From contig CAVYRJ010000001.1 of assembly GCA_963770935.1 (NCBI GenBank), positions 1 to 64,000 of the forward strand: a stretch of 64,000 nt of DNA, in the 5' to 3' direction. Origin of the DNA: Candidatus Bathyarchaeota archaeon (GTDB lineage: Archaea; Thermoproteota; Bathyarchaeia; Bathyarchaeales; Bathycorpusculaceae). Positions 21,205 to 31,120 of the stretch are shown one piece after another. A program made the position numbers and the translations under genes. Under the pieces are notes generated by a model. That model was not told where the DNA came from, ran no database searches, and was given only the letters and a program-made list of their open reading frames with translations. Each line of letters opens with the position of its first letter. The first letter of the stretch is position 1.

Positions 21205-22596
21205 TTAGGATGATTTTCTTGTTTTTTCAGTTAGCAAACGTTCTGCTAGTTGAAGTTCTTGCACTGTGTTGATGTTAACCGCTAGCTCTTCATGGTTTAG
21301 GAGGTAGATGTCTTGGTCGAGCCACTCGTCGCCATACCGCTTTCGCCCATCAATAACGTTAATTCCAACAGGCACAACGTCTTTGTCGTCCATTTTAAAC
21401 GAGTACTCGATGCACATGCCCAACTTTGCTTTGGTTTTTAATGGAACCGCAACTGTCAACGCTGGTTTGCCGCAGCACTCATAGCGTTCAACGACGGCGT
21501 CAATCATTTCGCTTTTCGCCAGCGGTAGGTCAGCGGCGATGGCTAAGAAAACGCCCAGCTTAAGCTTTTGAACAACATAGCCCATGTCTGAAACGTAGTC
21601 TGTGCCCGGAGTCTCGATGACTTGGACGCCTAGTTGTTTCAAGAACTTTGTGGTTTTGGGTGTGCAACTGGTTGTCGCAACAATGATTTTGTCGATTCTT
21701 TTTGCTTCCTTAAGTGCAGAGAGCACGTATTCGATGACGGGTTTGCCGCAGACTTCTATCAACGGTTTTTCCTGTGCGAGTTTCATGCGGGTGCCTTTGC
21801 CGCCAGCCATCACAAGCGCGACTACCGTACAATCACCACCAACAACGACAATAACGCAGACAAGCCGGGTTAACTCGTTGGTAGCTCCGAAAACGTCGCC
21901 TGTGACCCCCCTGAAGTGCTTATGCGCGACAGCTACCATGACTAAGCCAGTGATTACAGCAGCTATAACTACCAAGATGCCTGTGAAACGAAGCAGCAGC
22001 AACCCAATGACAAACGAAATCACCAATGCCGCAACTAAACGCAGGTTGCCTCCACGTCCATGCATAGCTTCCAGAAACGGCGAATTCATACCTTGATGCA
22101 CCGATTTACCTGCCCAAGCAGCCACAACCATAGAGAGTTTGGCGCACATTTCAACAACGATTATTGCTGGAAACACTAGAGGAACACTCCATCTTCCCAC
22201 TGAAACGCTCAGCGACCCCACTGCCAAAGCCGTAATAAGCATCGTTAAGATGCCCAGTGATAAGCCGCCGGCGCCTGTGAGTTGATCATGCATTACATCA
22301 ATTTTGTGTTCTGGAGTACCGTGTGCCATGACGCCGTCGCCAAAATCCAGCAAACCATCAGTGTGATGCAGCCCAGTCATCCAGAGCAGCAGAGCGAAAA
22401 CCAAAGCTCCTGCCACAATATCTGGCAGAAAACGGAATGCGACCACGCCGAACAAACCAGCCAACAAACCAAGAAAAGCGCCTATCAACGGAAAAGCCCA
22501 CATGTTTCGGGCACAGTCAAGCAGCAAATCCTTGTCCATAGCGATTGGAAAAACGGTTAAGAAAGATAGGAGATTCTTTAGTTCTTTAACGACCAA
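21205..22596 (-). CDS. cobS-cobY: Cobamide synthase CobS in frame with adenosylcobinamide-phosphate guanylyltransferase CobY (fusion possibly an artefact)
   Basis: CobS: TGLHHTDGLLDFGDG, GVTGDVFGA; CobY from about 21828: MAGGKGTRM, EKPL, ADLP, NINT. Confidence 0.85.
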   Translation of the reverse strand: MVVKELKNLLSFLTVFPIAMDKDLLLDCARNMWAFPLIGAFLGLLAGLFGVVAFRFLPDIVAGALVFALLLWMTGLHHTDGLLDFGDGVMAHGTPEHKIDVMHDQLTGAGGLSLGILTMLITALAVGSLSVSVGRWSVPLVFPAIIVVEMCAKLSMVVAAWAGKSVHQGMNSPFLEAMHGRGGNLRLVAALVISFVIGLLLLRFTGILVVIAAVITGLVMVAVAHKHFRGVTGDVFGATNELTRLVCVIVVVGGDCTVVALVMAGGKGTRMKLAQEKPLIEVCGKPVIEYVLSALKEAKRIDKIIVATTSCTPKTTKFLKQLGVQVIETPGTDYVSDMGYVVQKLKLGVFLAIAADLPLAKSEMIDAVVERYECCGKPALTVAVPLKTKAKLGMCIEYSFKMDDKDVVPVGINVIDGRKRYGDEWLDQDIYLLNHEELAVNINTVQELQLAERLLTEKTRKSS

Positions 22597-22603
22597 GCCC
22601 GTG

Positions 22604-23692
22604 TCACTTTATACCCATCAGTAGAGCATAATTACGCTCTATTTCCTTAAGAAGTATATCCTTTGTGACCCCTCCACCAGTCTTTGCCATCGCCGCAATA
22701 GATGAGCCGCCAGCGCCAACACCTTCTTTTACAAGACCAGTTTCGTAGATTCTGAGCCCCGGGTACTTTGAGGGACCAAAATCTAAATCCGCTGCTAAAA
22801 CGGGCACATTACAGAACTGTTTGATTATGCCGCAAATATCAGAGTATTTGTCTTTTGCCACCCACCTTGTCGTGCCCACTGCCACATTGCAGAGCGAATC
22901 TGGGTTCAAAGCGTTGATAATCGCCAAAACCGCGGTCATCTGGGTTCCGCCAGCCATCAAAACAGGCCCCTGCCTAGCGCCTCCGATAACTAAGCCAGCC
23001 AAGGCAGCCATCATGGGATCGCCCACGCAGCTGACAGCTTTTATGGGGTTGTGCTTAAGGCTTCCGAATTTTTCGCCTGCCGCTTTCAAGCCAGCCGCAA
23101 CCACTTCTGCTTTCAAATTATGCGGGTTCTCAGGCAGGGTACTACTGACTTTTCCTTGTGCATTCACTCCTAACGCTGAGAGAACGCCGAGCGCGGTTGT
23201 GGTTCCGCCGGGAATACTCTCACCGATAACAAGGTAATCCGACACTTTCGCAAGTTGCTCACCTAAAATCTTTGCGCGTTCGATAACTTCCTCGACATTG
23301 TCGACGGAGTTACCGGTGCGAATGTCGCGTCCAGAGCTGCCGCCTAAATCCACGTAGGGAATCTGCGGCTTAACCTTCACACCGCCGTTAACAACCAGCA
23401 CTGGTATGTCAGCTAAGTGCAGCGCTGAGGTGGTTATCAAGCCAGGTGTCGGAATGCCGTCGGGAGTTATCGGAACGCCCTGGATAGATTTACATTTGCC
23501 CAACAACAACAGTTCGGCGTCTGCGGGCGGGGTGAAATCCGTAAAGTCAGGGTTAGCACCAGCCGCCGATAACCCGGGAATTTTTCCGGTTTCAGTTGTT
23601 GCTATGGTACAGATAAAAAGTGGATTTTTGGCTTCTATTTCGTCAAGGAAAGCTTTTGCTTTCAACTCGTTATTCGCAATTAGTACATCCAT
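22604..23692 (-). CDS. cobT: Archaeal nicotinate-mononucleotide-dependent phosphoribosyltransferase CobT
   Basis: IPGLSAAG, TPPADAE, GESIPGGTTTA, AGGTQM, VKEGVGAGG. Confidence 0.9.
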   Translation of the reverse strand: MDVLIANNELKAKAFLDEIEAKNPLFICTIATTETGKIPGLSAAGANPDFTDFTPPADAELLLLGKCKSIQGVPITPDGIPTPGLITTSALHLADIPVLVVNGGVKVKPQIPYVDLGGSSGRDIRTGNSVDNVEEVIERAKILGEQLAKVSDYLVIGESIPGGTTTALGVLSALGVNAQGKVSSTLPENPHNLKAEVVAAGLKAAGEKFGSLKHNPIKAVSCVGDPMMAALAGLVIGGARQGPVLMAGGTQMTAVLAIINALNPDSLCNVAVGTTRWVAKDKYSDICGIIKQFCNVPVLAADLDFGPSKYPGLRIYETGLVKEGVGAGGSSIAAMAKTGGGVTKDILLKEIERNYALLMGIK

Positions 23693-23704
23693 TTTGGTTT
23701 CCCT

Positions 23705-24376
23705 TTACTTGGGCACAACTTTGAACTTTTTGATTTCCAAGTATCCAAAGCCGCCCTCAAGCTTATGCTTCTGCGTTTCTTGAATTTCAATCTTTTTCTT
23801 GAATGTTGGTCCGTCAGTAACTACAGTGTGGTATTCGCCGCCTTCGCCGCAAGCATCAACGTTGCCGAGTTTTAGGATGTCGTCGTAGAATTTGCGGTCT
23901 AAAACTCTTCCAAGCCAATCTATGCCAAGCAAATCCAGTTTAGTACGTACTACTGTTGCTTTGAAGTCGGTTTTGAGGTAGTCAAGGTAGATTTGTTTTG
24001 TGTCACCCATCCACAGGGGCTTGACTGGGGTTAAGCCGACTTCTTTGCAGACGCGTCCAAGCCAGCCTTCCTCATGCCCCGCTACCTCGTAGATATCCCC
24101 TGTGACTAAGCCCTGTGCACCCTTTGCCTTGCACTCTAGCAGTACTGACTTGAAGTCCTTCTCGTACGTTGCTGCGGAGGTGGTTTTCTTTATCAAGGGT
24201 ATCCCGACGGCTTCTGCTTGTGCGTCTAGGATTCCTGAGGGTATCATATGGAAGTTTGATTTGGATTCACTCATCATCATAGTGAACAGGTTGATCACTT
24301 GGTGTCCTTGCTGGATTGCCAAGTAGTATGCGTAGGCGCTGTCTTTGCCGCCGCTCCATGAAGCAACAACTTTCAT
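23705..24376 (-). CDS. Diphthine-ammonia ligase/MJ0570-family PP-loop ATPase
   Basis: SWSGGKDS, PLW, DACGEGGEYHTVVTDGP. Confidence 0.85.
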   Translation of the reverse strand: MKVVASWSGGKDSAYAYYLAIQQGHQVINLFTMMMSESKSNFHMIPSGILDAQAEAVGIPLIKKTTSAATYEKDFKSVLLECKAKGAQGLVTGDIYEVAGHEEGWLGRVCKEVGLTPVKPLWMGDTKQIYLDYLKTDFKATVVRTKLDLLGIDWLGRVLDRKFYDDILKLGNVDACGEGGEYHTVVTDGPTFKKKIEIQETQKHKLEGGFGYLEIKKFKVVPK

Positions 24377-24695
24377 CTCATTTTTCCTCCTAATTTTCAC
24401 CCTTAACCGTTGATTGCTGTGTTATAGGTTTTAGGTGAACGTGAATTTGGCTTAAACTCATTATATTTAGCTGGAAAACATGTAAACATAAAAACTTGGT
24501 TTTTCTGCTCAAACTTTTAGATAACTTGCCAATCGATAAAACTTTGACTGAAACTGGAGTTTTTTCCTTGATGTTCAGCAAATAATCCCTCTAACGCGTG
24601 GGTGGTTTATCCAACCTATTCATATATGCATTACGGTAAAAAACGCCACACAACACTTAAAACAGTCTACGCAACTAAAACGTCAGGTTAAACCC

Positions 24696-25167
24696 ATGAC
24701 AAATCAAAAACCTCCACTGCTTGAATACCTGGAAAAAAAAGACATCTCACTAAAAAGTCTAATCCACGCTGCACTTGAAATGTTCGTACCTCACCCAGGA
24801 GTAGAAACCGAGGAAAAAGCCTCAGAAATGCTCAGAGAAGAACTCCTCCACATCCTCACAGACGTAAACGTTTCTACTCTTATCGTTGCCGCTTTCCATG
24901 CCCAAGAAGATGCTGAGAACGGTCTGGATTCCAGGGTTAACCAAGGAGAGATTTTTGGGCAGACCGGGACTCGTCGCTGACGAGATCATCGGGATAGCTA
25001 TCGCCACCTACATCGGCGGGTCAAGAGCCATGTTCGAGTTCGTACGGTTCGACCAAGCTAAACCAGGCATCCTAAAGAAGTTGCCACCACTCACTAATGA
25101 CGCAATAGGCGCGCTGGTGGCTGGTGCATCTTCGAACATGTATACTCGCGCATTAAAAAGCGTCTGA
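24696..25167 (+). CDS. cobZ: Alpha-ribazole phosphatase CobZ / PgpA-family protein (frameshift near 24925)
   Basis: DVNV..L, LVADEIIG..IATYIGG..A.FEFVRFD..KPGILKKLPP..DA.GALVAG. Confidence 0.8.
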
Positions 25168-25302
25168 TATTCAACCTTAAAATCCAATTTTTACTCTTTA
25201 TTTCATTTAACTTTGCCAGTGCCCAGTTCTGCCGGTACAAGTAGGGGTTTACCATAAGATTATAATACTATGCGGATTGAGGATTTATCCTGTTGGGCTC
25301 CC

Positions 25303-26460
25303 ATGGTTCAAACTCGGCTCTGCATTGTTACACACACCTTCCTGCCGCATGTGGGCGGAATAGAAAAGGTGGTTAATGAACAAAGCAAGCGGTTGCGAAC
25401 AAAAAATTTTAAGCCTATGGTTGTAACGAACCGTATTGGCACGCCCAAGTGCTATGTTGTTGATGGGGTTCCTGTTGAATGTTATGAATCACTCAACACG
25501 GGTTTTCGCCTTGGAATTCCATACTCGATTCCAACAGTTACCAGTCTTCCGACGTTTCTTAAAGCTGTAAAATCAAGCAAAATAGTCCACGCCCACGGAC
25601 ATCCATACTTAACCTCACTTACAGCGGCTAAACTTGCCAAACTATACAACAAACCCTTTGTACTCACCCAACACAACACCTTCATAGACTACAACAACAT
25701 CTTTGACCATGTTGAGCGCTTAAACGATTTAACCGTGGGAAAACAAAACCTTAAAGCCGCAGACAAAATCATTGCAATAAGCGAAGCAACCAAAGATTAT
25801 GTGTTAAGGTTAGGCGCAAAACCAAGCAAAGTTAAAGTCATCTACAACGGCGTTGATTTAGCAAGGTTTCGACCAATCGCGGAAAAACGTGAAGAAATGC
25901 GGAAGAAACTCGGAATTCCCCAGCATGCTATCGTAGTTCTAACTGTCAGGCGGCTAGTTTACAAAAACGGCATTGACACATTATTAGAAACTGCAAACAT
26001 AGTGGTCAAAAAGAACCCCAAAATCGTATTTTTGGTCGTGGGTAAGGGTCCAGACATGGAAAACGTCAAGTTGCAGGTTGCGCAGTTGGGGATTGAAGCT
26101 AACTTCAGGCTTGCAGGATTTGTCAGCGATGAGGATTTACCCTCGTACTACAATGTTGCTGACTTGTTTGTTTTGCCTTCGAAGTCTGGTGAAGGGTTGC
26201 CACTGGTTGCACTTGAAGCCATGGCATGCGGACTCCCAGTTATAGCCACTGACGTTGGTGGAATAAGAGAGGTCCTGTCGGAGGATTACGGGAAACTGGT
26301 GCCTCCTAACCAGCCTGAATTGTTCGCGAAGGCAATTTTGGATTTTGCCGCGGTTGATTTTTCTTCACGCAAACAAGAACTCCGCGCTATGATGGAAGAA
26401 AAGTTTAGTTGGGATGCAAATGTTGAAAGGCTCGTGGAAATATACGAAGAGCTTATTTAA
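25303..26460 (+). CDS. GT4 glycosyltransferase
   Basis: GGIEK, HAHG, NGVD, EGLPLVALEAMACGLPVIATDVGG. Confidence 0.92.
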   Translation: MVQTRLCIVTHTFLPHVGGIEKVVNEQSKRLRTKNFKPMVVTNRIGTPKCYVVDGVPVECYESLNTGFRLGIPYSIPTVTSLPTFLKAVKSSKIVHAHGHPYLTSLTAAKLAKLYNKPFVLTQHNTFIDYNNIFDHVERLNDLTVGKQNLKAADKIIAISEATKDYVLRLGAKPSKVKVIYNGVDLARFRPIAEKREEMRKKLGIPQHAIVVLTVRRLVYKNGIDTLLETANIVVKKNPKIVFLVVGKGPDMENVKLQVAQLGIEANFRLAGFVSDEDLPSYYNVADLFVLPSKSGEGLPLVALEAMACGLPVIATDVGGIREVLSEDYGKLVPPNQPELFAKAILDFAAVDFSSRKQELRAMMEEKFSWDANVERLVEIYEELI

Positions 26461-26505
26461 CCATGTGACGGAAACATTATAGCCCTTTGAAATGGAAGTT
26501 AGCTG

Positions 26506-27240
26506 ATGACGTCAAAAGTTGAAATGGTTTCGGTGGTAATTCCAACACTTAATGAAGCAGGTAACATTCTGGAAGCTGTCTCTACCATCCATAATGATTT
26601 GTCTTATCCAAAGGAAATCATTGTTGTTGACGGCAACTCTACAGATGGCACCAAAGAAATCGTCAAGGACTTAGATTACTGCAAACTCATCATTGAACCC
26701 AGACGCGGTTATGGCTTAGCGCTTATGACAGGTATGAAGAACGCCAAAGGCAACATCATAGTCATGGTCGACGGCGACGGAACCTATGAAGTTCGCCACA
26801 TCCATCGCATGATCACAAAAATGGTTGAGAAAGACGCCGACATGGTTTTAGCCACCCGAATGTACGACCCAAACAAAGCCATGGGACTATTCAATTTCAT
26901 CGGCAACAAAGTAATCACAACCTTCTACGATTTCTTTTACAGCCAATTCCTCAGCGACACCCAATCGGGTTTTAGAGCAATTTCTCATGAAGCCATCGAT
27001 AAGGTGAAACTAAATGAGGGCGACATGGCTTATGCAACAGAGATGCTTGTCCAATTCGCTAAAGAAGGCTTTAGCATGATTGAAGTTCCTACTACTTACA
27101 AAGCTAGAAAGTATGGTAGACCTAAACTGAGAAGATTTAAGTCGGGAATCGAGATATTTAGCACTATATTTAGAGGCATTCTGGATGCGGAAACTATTAG
27201 AAAGTGTCAAGAGAATTGGAAGCAAAATCGGTTTAGATGA
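26506..27240 (+). CDS. GT2 glycosyltransferase (Dol-P-sugar synthase-like)
   Basis: VVIPTLNE, VVDGNSTDGT, DGDGTY, DTQSGFRA. Confidence 0.9.
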   Translation: MTSKVEMVSVVIPTLNEAGNILEAVSTIHNDLSYPKEIIVVDGNSTDGTKEIVKDLDYCKLIIEPRRGYGLALMTGMKNAKGNIIVMVDGDGTYEVRHIHRMITKMVEKDADMVLATRMYDPNKAMGLFNFIGNKVITTFYDFFYSQFLSDTQSGFRAISHEAIDKVKLNEGDMAYATEMLVQFAKEGFSMIEVPTTYKARKYGRPKLRRFKSGIEIFSTIFRGILDAETIRKCQENWKQNRFR

Positions 27241-27706
27241 AGAAAAGGGCTACGCGGTTGCGATTTTTCTTGCGTTAATCATAGTTTCCGCCATTGTGGT
27301 CGGCTACTATGTTGTTTTTAGACCACAAGCAGAACCCTACAACTCAATCTATTTGCTTGATGCAAACAGAAAAGCAGACGATTACCCGGAAGTTTTAGTC
27401 GCCAATCAAAACAGCACTTTTTCAGTATACGTTAACGTAGTAAACCACATGGCAACAAGCTCCAGCTACCAAGTACAGGTAAAAATCGAAAAGAGCCTTA
27501 CCACTTTTCCAGTTGACACCCAACCTAGCCAAACCATAGAAATAGATGACCTGAAAAACGACGGAATCCCTGTGGAGAAAACAGTAACGATAACCCAAAA
27601 CACACCAGGAAGCTACTCTGTGGTTTTTGAACTCTGGCAATATAAAGAAGGTACTCTGGAGTTTACTCAGAACTACTGTGTCCTAAACATACAAGTAATA
27701 AACTAA
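27185..27706 (+). CDS. DUF1616-like membrane-anchored protein
   Basis: One TM then EPYNSIYLL....KADDYP, VNVVNH, FELW. Confidence 0.6.
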   Translation: MRKLLESVKRIGSKIGLDEEKGYAVAIFLALIIVSAIVVGYYVVFRPQAEPYNSIYLLDANRKADDYPEVLVANQNSTFSVYVNVVNHMATSSSYQVQVKIEKSLTTFPVDTQPSQTIEIDDLKNDGIPVEKTVTITQNTPGSYSVVFELWQYKEGTLEFTQNYCVLNIQVIN

Positions 27707-27794
27707 ATTTTTGGTTAAATCGTAAATCCTAAGAGGGGAAGGTCAGTATTTGCGTTTTCAGCGACTAATAATATTTTGAAAAATTGATAGTTTT

Positions 27795-29262
27795 TTAGGC
27801 TTTCTTTTGTCTAGCCGCATACGCCTTCTCAATGGCGACTCGGTGTACGTTGTTGTAGGCGCAGAACGGAATAATCTTCAAATCAGGCGTAATGTAGTGC
27901 ACGACGCATCGGCGGACACGGTTGACATCGAAGTTGTAGGAATCCATAAAAGCCATGCAGCCGAGGAGGAAGATTTTACGGCGGATTTTGCCTAGCGACT
28001 GATACGATGGCGAGAGGTGCATACGCATAATCGATTTCATCAGGGTCGGCATGCCGACTTCTTTGGTAACCAAGAACATGTCCATCGACAGCATTGAACC
28101 CATAAACAGCGATGAAAGCAGGGACATTTTGCCTTTGGATTCGGCAGTCTCAGCAGTTTTGCGGATACTGTTAAAGAAACGGTCAAAATTTACGAACCGG
28201 TTGATTGGGAACATTTTGCCGGTTTTAGAAACATAAACCCAGTTAACTATGCCGCATTGCGGACTACATGAGAACAGCGGCCAAGGTTTCTGCATGAATT
28301 TGCGCATTATCTTAATCGGCGAAGTCATAACTGACATCGGATACAAATCAGTTGATTTTATTTCGCCGTTGGTTTGTTTTTCAACGTCTTCAGCAAAGCT
28401 CCATTCCCGGAAGTTTTCCCTAAACGGGTTCTCAGTGGCTCTGCCCGTAAAAGCGATAGGCTGGAAAATTAAGCCCCTAACGATGTCGGTGTTTTTGGCT
28501 GCGAAGCGGATCATGTCGCCGACTTCCTTATCATTTAGGCTCTTCATGAGGGTGTTGACGAGGATAATTTCCATGTCGTGTTTGCGGCAAACCTCAATAG
28601 CTTTAAGTTTAATGTCTAAAAGCTCCCGTCCTCTAACTTTTCTGTTGAATTCCTCATGGAAACTGTCAAACGATAAATAAACAATGTTTAAGCCGCTATC
28701 TTTAAGCTTCTTTGCCAGCCCCGGGGTGTCAACCAAATGTGTTCCGTTGGTCGCCAAAATTGTCATGAATTTTAGCTTATGAGCAGCAGCGATGATTTCA
28801 GGCATGTCTTCTCGTTCGAGAGGTTCGCCGCCTGAGAAAAGAATTGCGGGGGGTTTGGGGTTAGCTTTACTCGCGAACTCAAGCATGTTTACGAGTGCTT
28901 CTTTGGTGGGTTCATAATCTGCTTCTTGCTGGGGAAAAGTGGAGAAGCAGACTGCACACTTGAAGTTGCAGCGTTTAGTTACGTCGATTACGCCGATTAC
29001 GGTGCCTGAAGCGTGGGTTGTGCAGGTTTCACATTTGTAGGGGCAGCCGTCGGGGTTTTTGGGCGCGTTGAGGTCACCAAGGTACTGGAACTGGTCGTAT
29101 TTTTGCATGTGGTTGTAGATGGGGGAGCTTTGCCAGTGGGTGGCTTTAAATTCGCCGTGTTCGGGGCATTGCTTTGGTGATTTGGATTTTTCCGTTGAGT
29201 TGTGATAGTTGAGCGTTGATTTTTTTCTGGCATTCGGGACAGATGCTTTTGGTTTCGCTCAC
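27795..29262 (-). CDS. tes: Tetraether lipid synthase Tes (GDGT-MAS)-family radical SAM enzyme (frameshift near 29172)
   Basis: Reconstructed N-terminus (GTG 29262) MSETKSICPEC...KQCPEHG; GCPYKCETCTTH; CNFKCAVC; C-terminal MDSYNFDVNRVRRCVVHYITPD..IIPFCAYN. Confidence 0.8.
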
Positions 29263-30140
29263 ATTAACCATCCCAAAATGGCTTCAACTATTAGTGCTAG
29301 GGGCAGCAACATCATTGACATGGTTACGATGCGCTCGTATTTGCGTACGTTCTGCACTGTGGACCCTGACGTTATCAAGCGTATGGATGAATAGATTAAG
29401 AGAACACTCCATAGGAGAATAAGCGGTAAATAGTAAACTGTGAAGTTTCCTAAGAAGAAAGGCAGAGGCGCAAACAAGCCTGTCAGAAGGAAAAACACAG
29501 CGCCCACCTTTGCAGCGTTGTAATTGCCGATTTTTTGTGGAAGAGTCGGATAGCCTACCTTGGAATCACCTTCCACGCTGAGAATGTCACGTAACACGTT
29601 CCCGCCGATTGTGCCAAAAGCTATAGGATATAGACTCAGAGAAATTAGACTCAAAGTTGCCGGTGCAGTGATGGTTGCTTCTCCATACAAAAAAGCAGTA
29701 CCTGTCAGAATGCCGACCAAAACGTTGGCGACAAAACCTGACTTGCGTTTAACCATGAAAGAGTAAACCAAAAGTACAAGCGAATCAGCAGCGATAATAG
29801 CAAAACTCAACCAGTTTATCAAAGAAGCCATTACTAAACCCACGGCAAAGAGTACGCCTGAAATCGCCACCACCTGTTTAAGCGACAATGCGCCTGCAGG
29901 TATGGGGCGTTTGGGCTTGATTACTGCATCGCTTTCGCGGTCAAAATAGTCGTTTATGGCAAAACCTGCGGATGTGATGAATGCCATTGAGAAGAAAATC
30001 AGCAGGGCGGTTTGTATACTCATGCTTAAAGGGTCTTTCATTATAGCAAACGCTGTTAGAAGCGACAAGCCGCCTGTCATTAGCCAGTAGGGAAGCCGCA
30101 GTAGAGCAATTAATCCTCGTGTTGGCGAGGATGAAGTCAT
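29259..30140 (-). CDS. UbiA prenyltransferase, DGGGP synthase-like
   Basis: INDYFDRESDAVIKPKRPIPAG, YS...K, second acidic motif altered (NVLRDILSVEGD). Confidence 0.8.
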   Translation of the reverse strand: MTSSSPTRGLIALLRLPYWLMTGGLSLLTAFAIMKDPLSMSIQTALLIFFSMAFITSAGFAINDYFDRESDAVIKPKRPIPAGALSLKQVVAISGVLFAVGLVMASLINWLSFAIIAADSLVLLVYSFMVKRKSGFVANVLVGILTGTAFLYGEATITAPATLSLISLSLYPIAFGTIGGNVLRDILSVEGDSKVGYPTLPQKIGNYNAAKVGAVFFLLTGLFAPLPFFLGNFTVYYLPLILLWSVLLIYSSIRLITSGSTVQNVRKYERIVTMSMMLLPLALIVEAILGWLM

Positions 30141-31081
30141 ATTGAGAGTTTCCTGTCAGCGATGACTTCTTTTATGCTATCCTCTAACGTTACCTTGGGG
30201 TTCCAGTCTAATTCTTTTCTGGCTTTTTGGTTATTGAACCATATTGTGTTGATGTCGCCTTGCCAAGAAACGCCTGTAGTTGTTACGACGGTTTTGTCTT
30301 GGAGATTAAGAATCTGGAGCATAAGTTTGGCTAAGTCAATAATTTTTGTTGTTTTGCCCAATCCTACGTTGTAGGTTTGTCCGTTGGCAGATTCAAGCGA
30401 GCCAACCTTAACTAACAACTCCACAACATCGGAAATATGCACTAAATCGCGAGATTGCTGGCCTGTGCCTATGATTTCGAGTTTGTTTGGGTTCTTAGCA
30501 AGTTTTTCGAGGAAGTCATGGATGACACCGTGGCAACGAAGTCCGTAAACGTTAGCGAACCTTGTGATTACAATGTCTAAACCGTATTGTTCTCGGTAAA
30601 TGTTGCAGTATTCTTCGCCGACGACTTTAGATAATCCGTAGCATGAGAACGGGTGGAAACCGTATTCTTCAGAAGTTGGAAGCTGGGTTGGATTGCCGTA
30701 GACTGCGGCGCTGGAAGCAAACACCAGTTTCGCATCGTCTTTTCGGGCTTTCTCGAGCACACAAAGGGTGCCTTTGGCGTTTGTTTCAAAGTCGATCAGT
30801 GGATTTTCCATAGAATAGGGAACCACGACTTGTGCCGCTAAGTGATAAATCAAATCGGTTTTTTCTAGACCACAGAGGGTTTTAAGGTCCAGTATGTCGC
30901 CTTTGACGAATTTGGCTTTGGGAACATCCTTGACGTTTTCCATTTTGCCGCTTGACAAGTCATCATAAATCGTTAAATCATTAGTATTATTCGAAAGTTT
31001 ACTGCACAGGTGATAGCCTATAAAGCCTGCTCCACCGGTAACTAGCACTTTTTTCTCTTTCAAGTCAGCCATCCAACTCAC
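30137..31081 (-). CDS. NAD-dependent sugar epimerase/dehydratase
   Basis: TGGAGFIG, HLAAQ, ASSAAVYG, YGLSK, RFANVYG. Confidence 0.92.
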   Translation of the reverse strand: MSWMADLKEKKVLVTGGAGFIGYHLCSKLSNNTNDLTIYDDLSSGKMENVKDVPKAKFVKGDILDLKTLCGLEKTDLIYHLAAQVVVPYSMENPLIDFETNAKGTLCVLEKARKDDAKLVFASSAAVYGNPTQLPTSEEYGFHPFSCYGLSKVVGEEYCNIYREQYGLDIVITRFANVYGLRCHGVIHDFLEKLAKNPNKLEIIGTGQQSRDLVHISDVVELLVKVGSLESANGQTYNVGLGKTTKIIDLAKLMLQILNLQDKTVVTTTGVSWQGDINTIWFNNQKARKELDWNPKVTLEDSIKEVIADRKLSI

Positions 31082-31120
31082 GACAAAGCCTATATTCCCA
31101 ATTAGTAAGGTTGTAGGTAT

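Noticed and set aside
24400-24695. Possible cobalamin riboswitch between the divergent cob genes
   Set aside because: No B12-box or GGGAA/GCCACTG core recognised; AT-rich, looks like divergent promoters.
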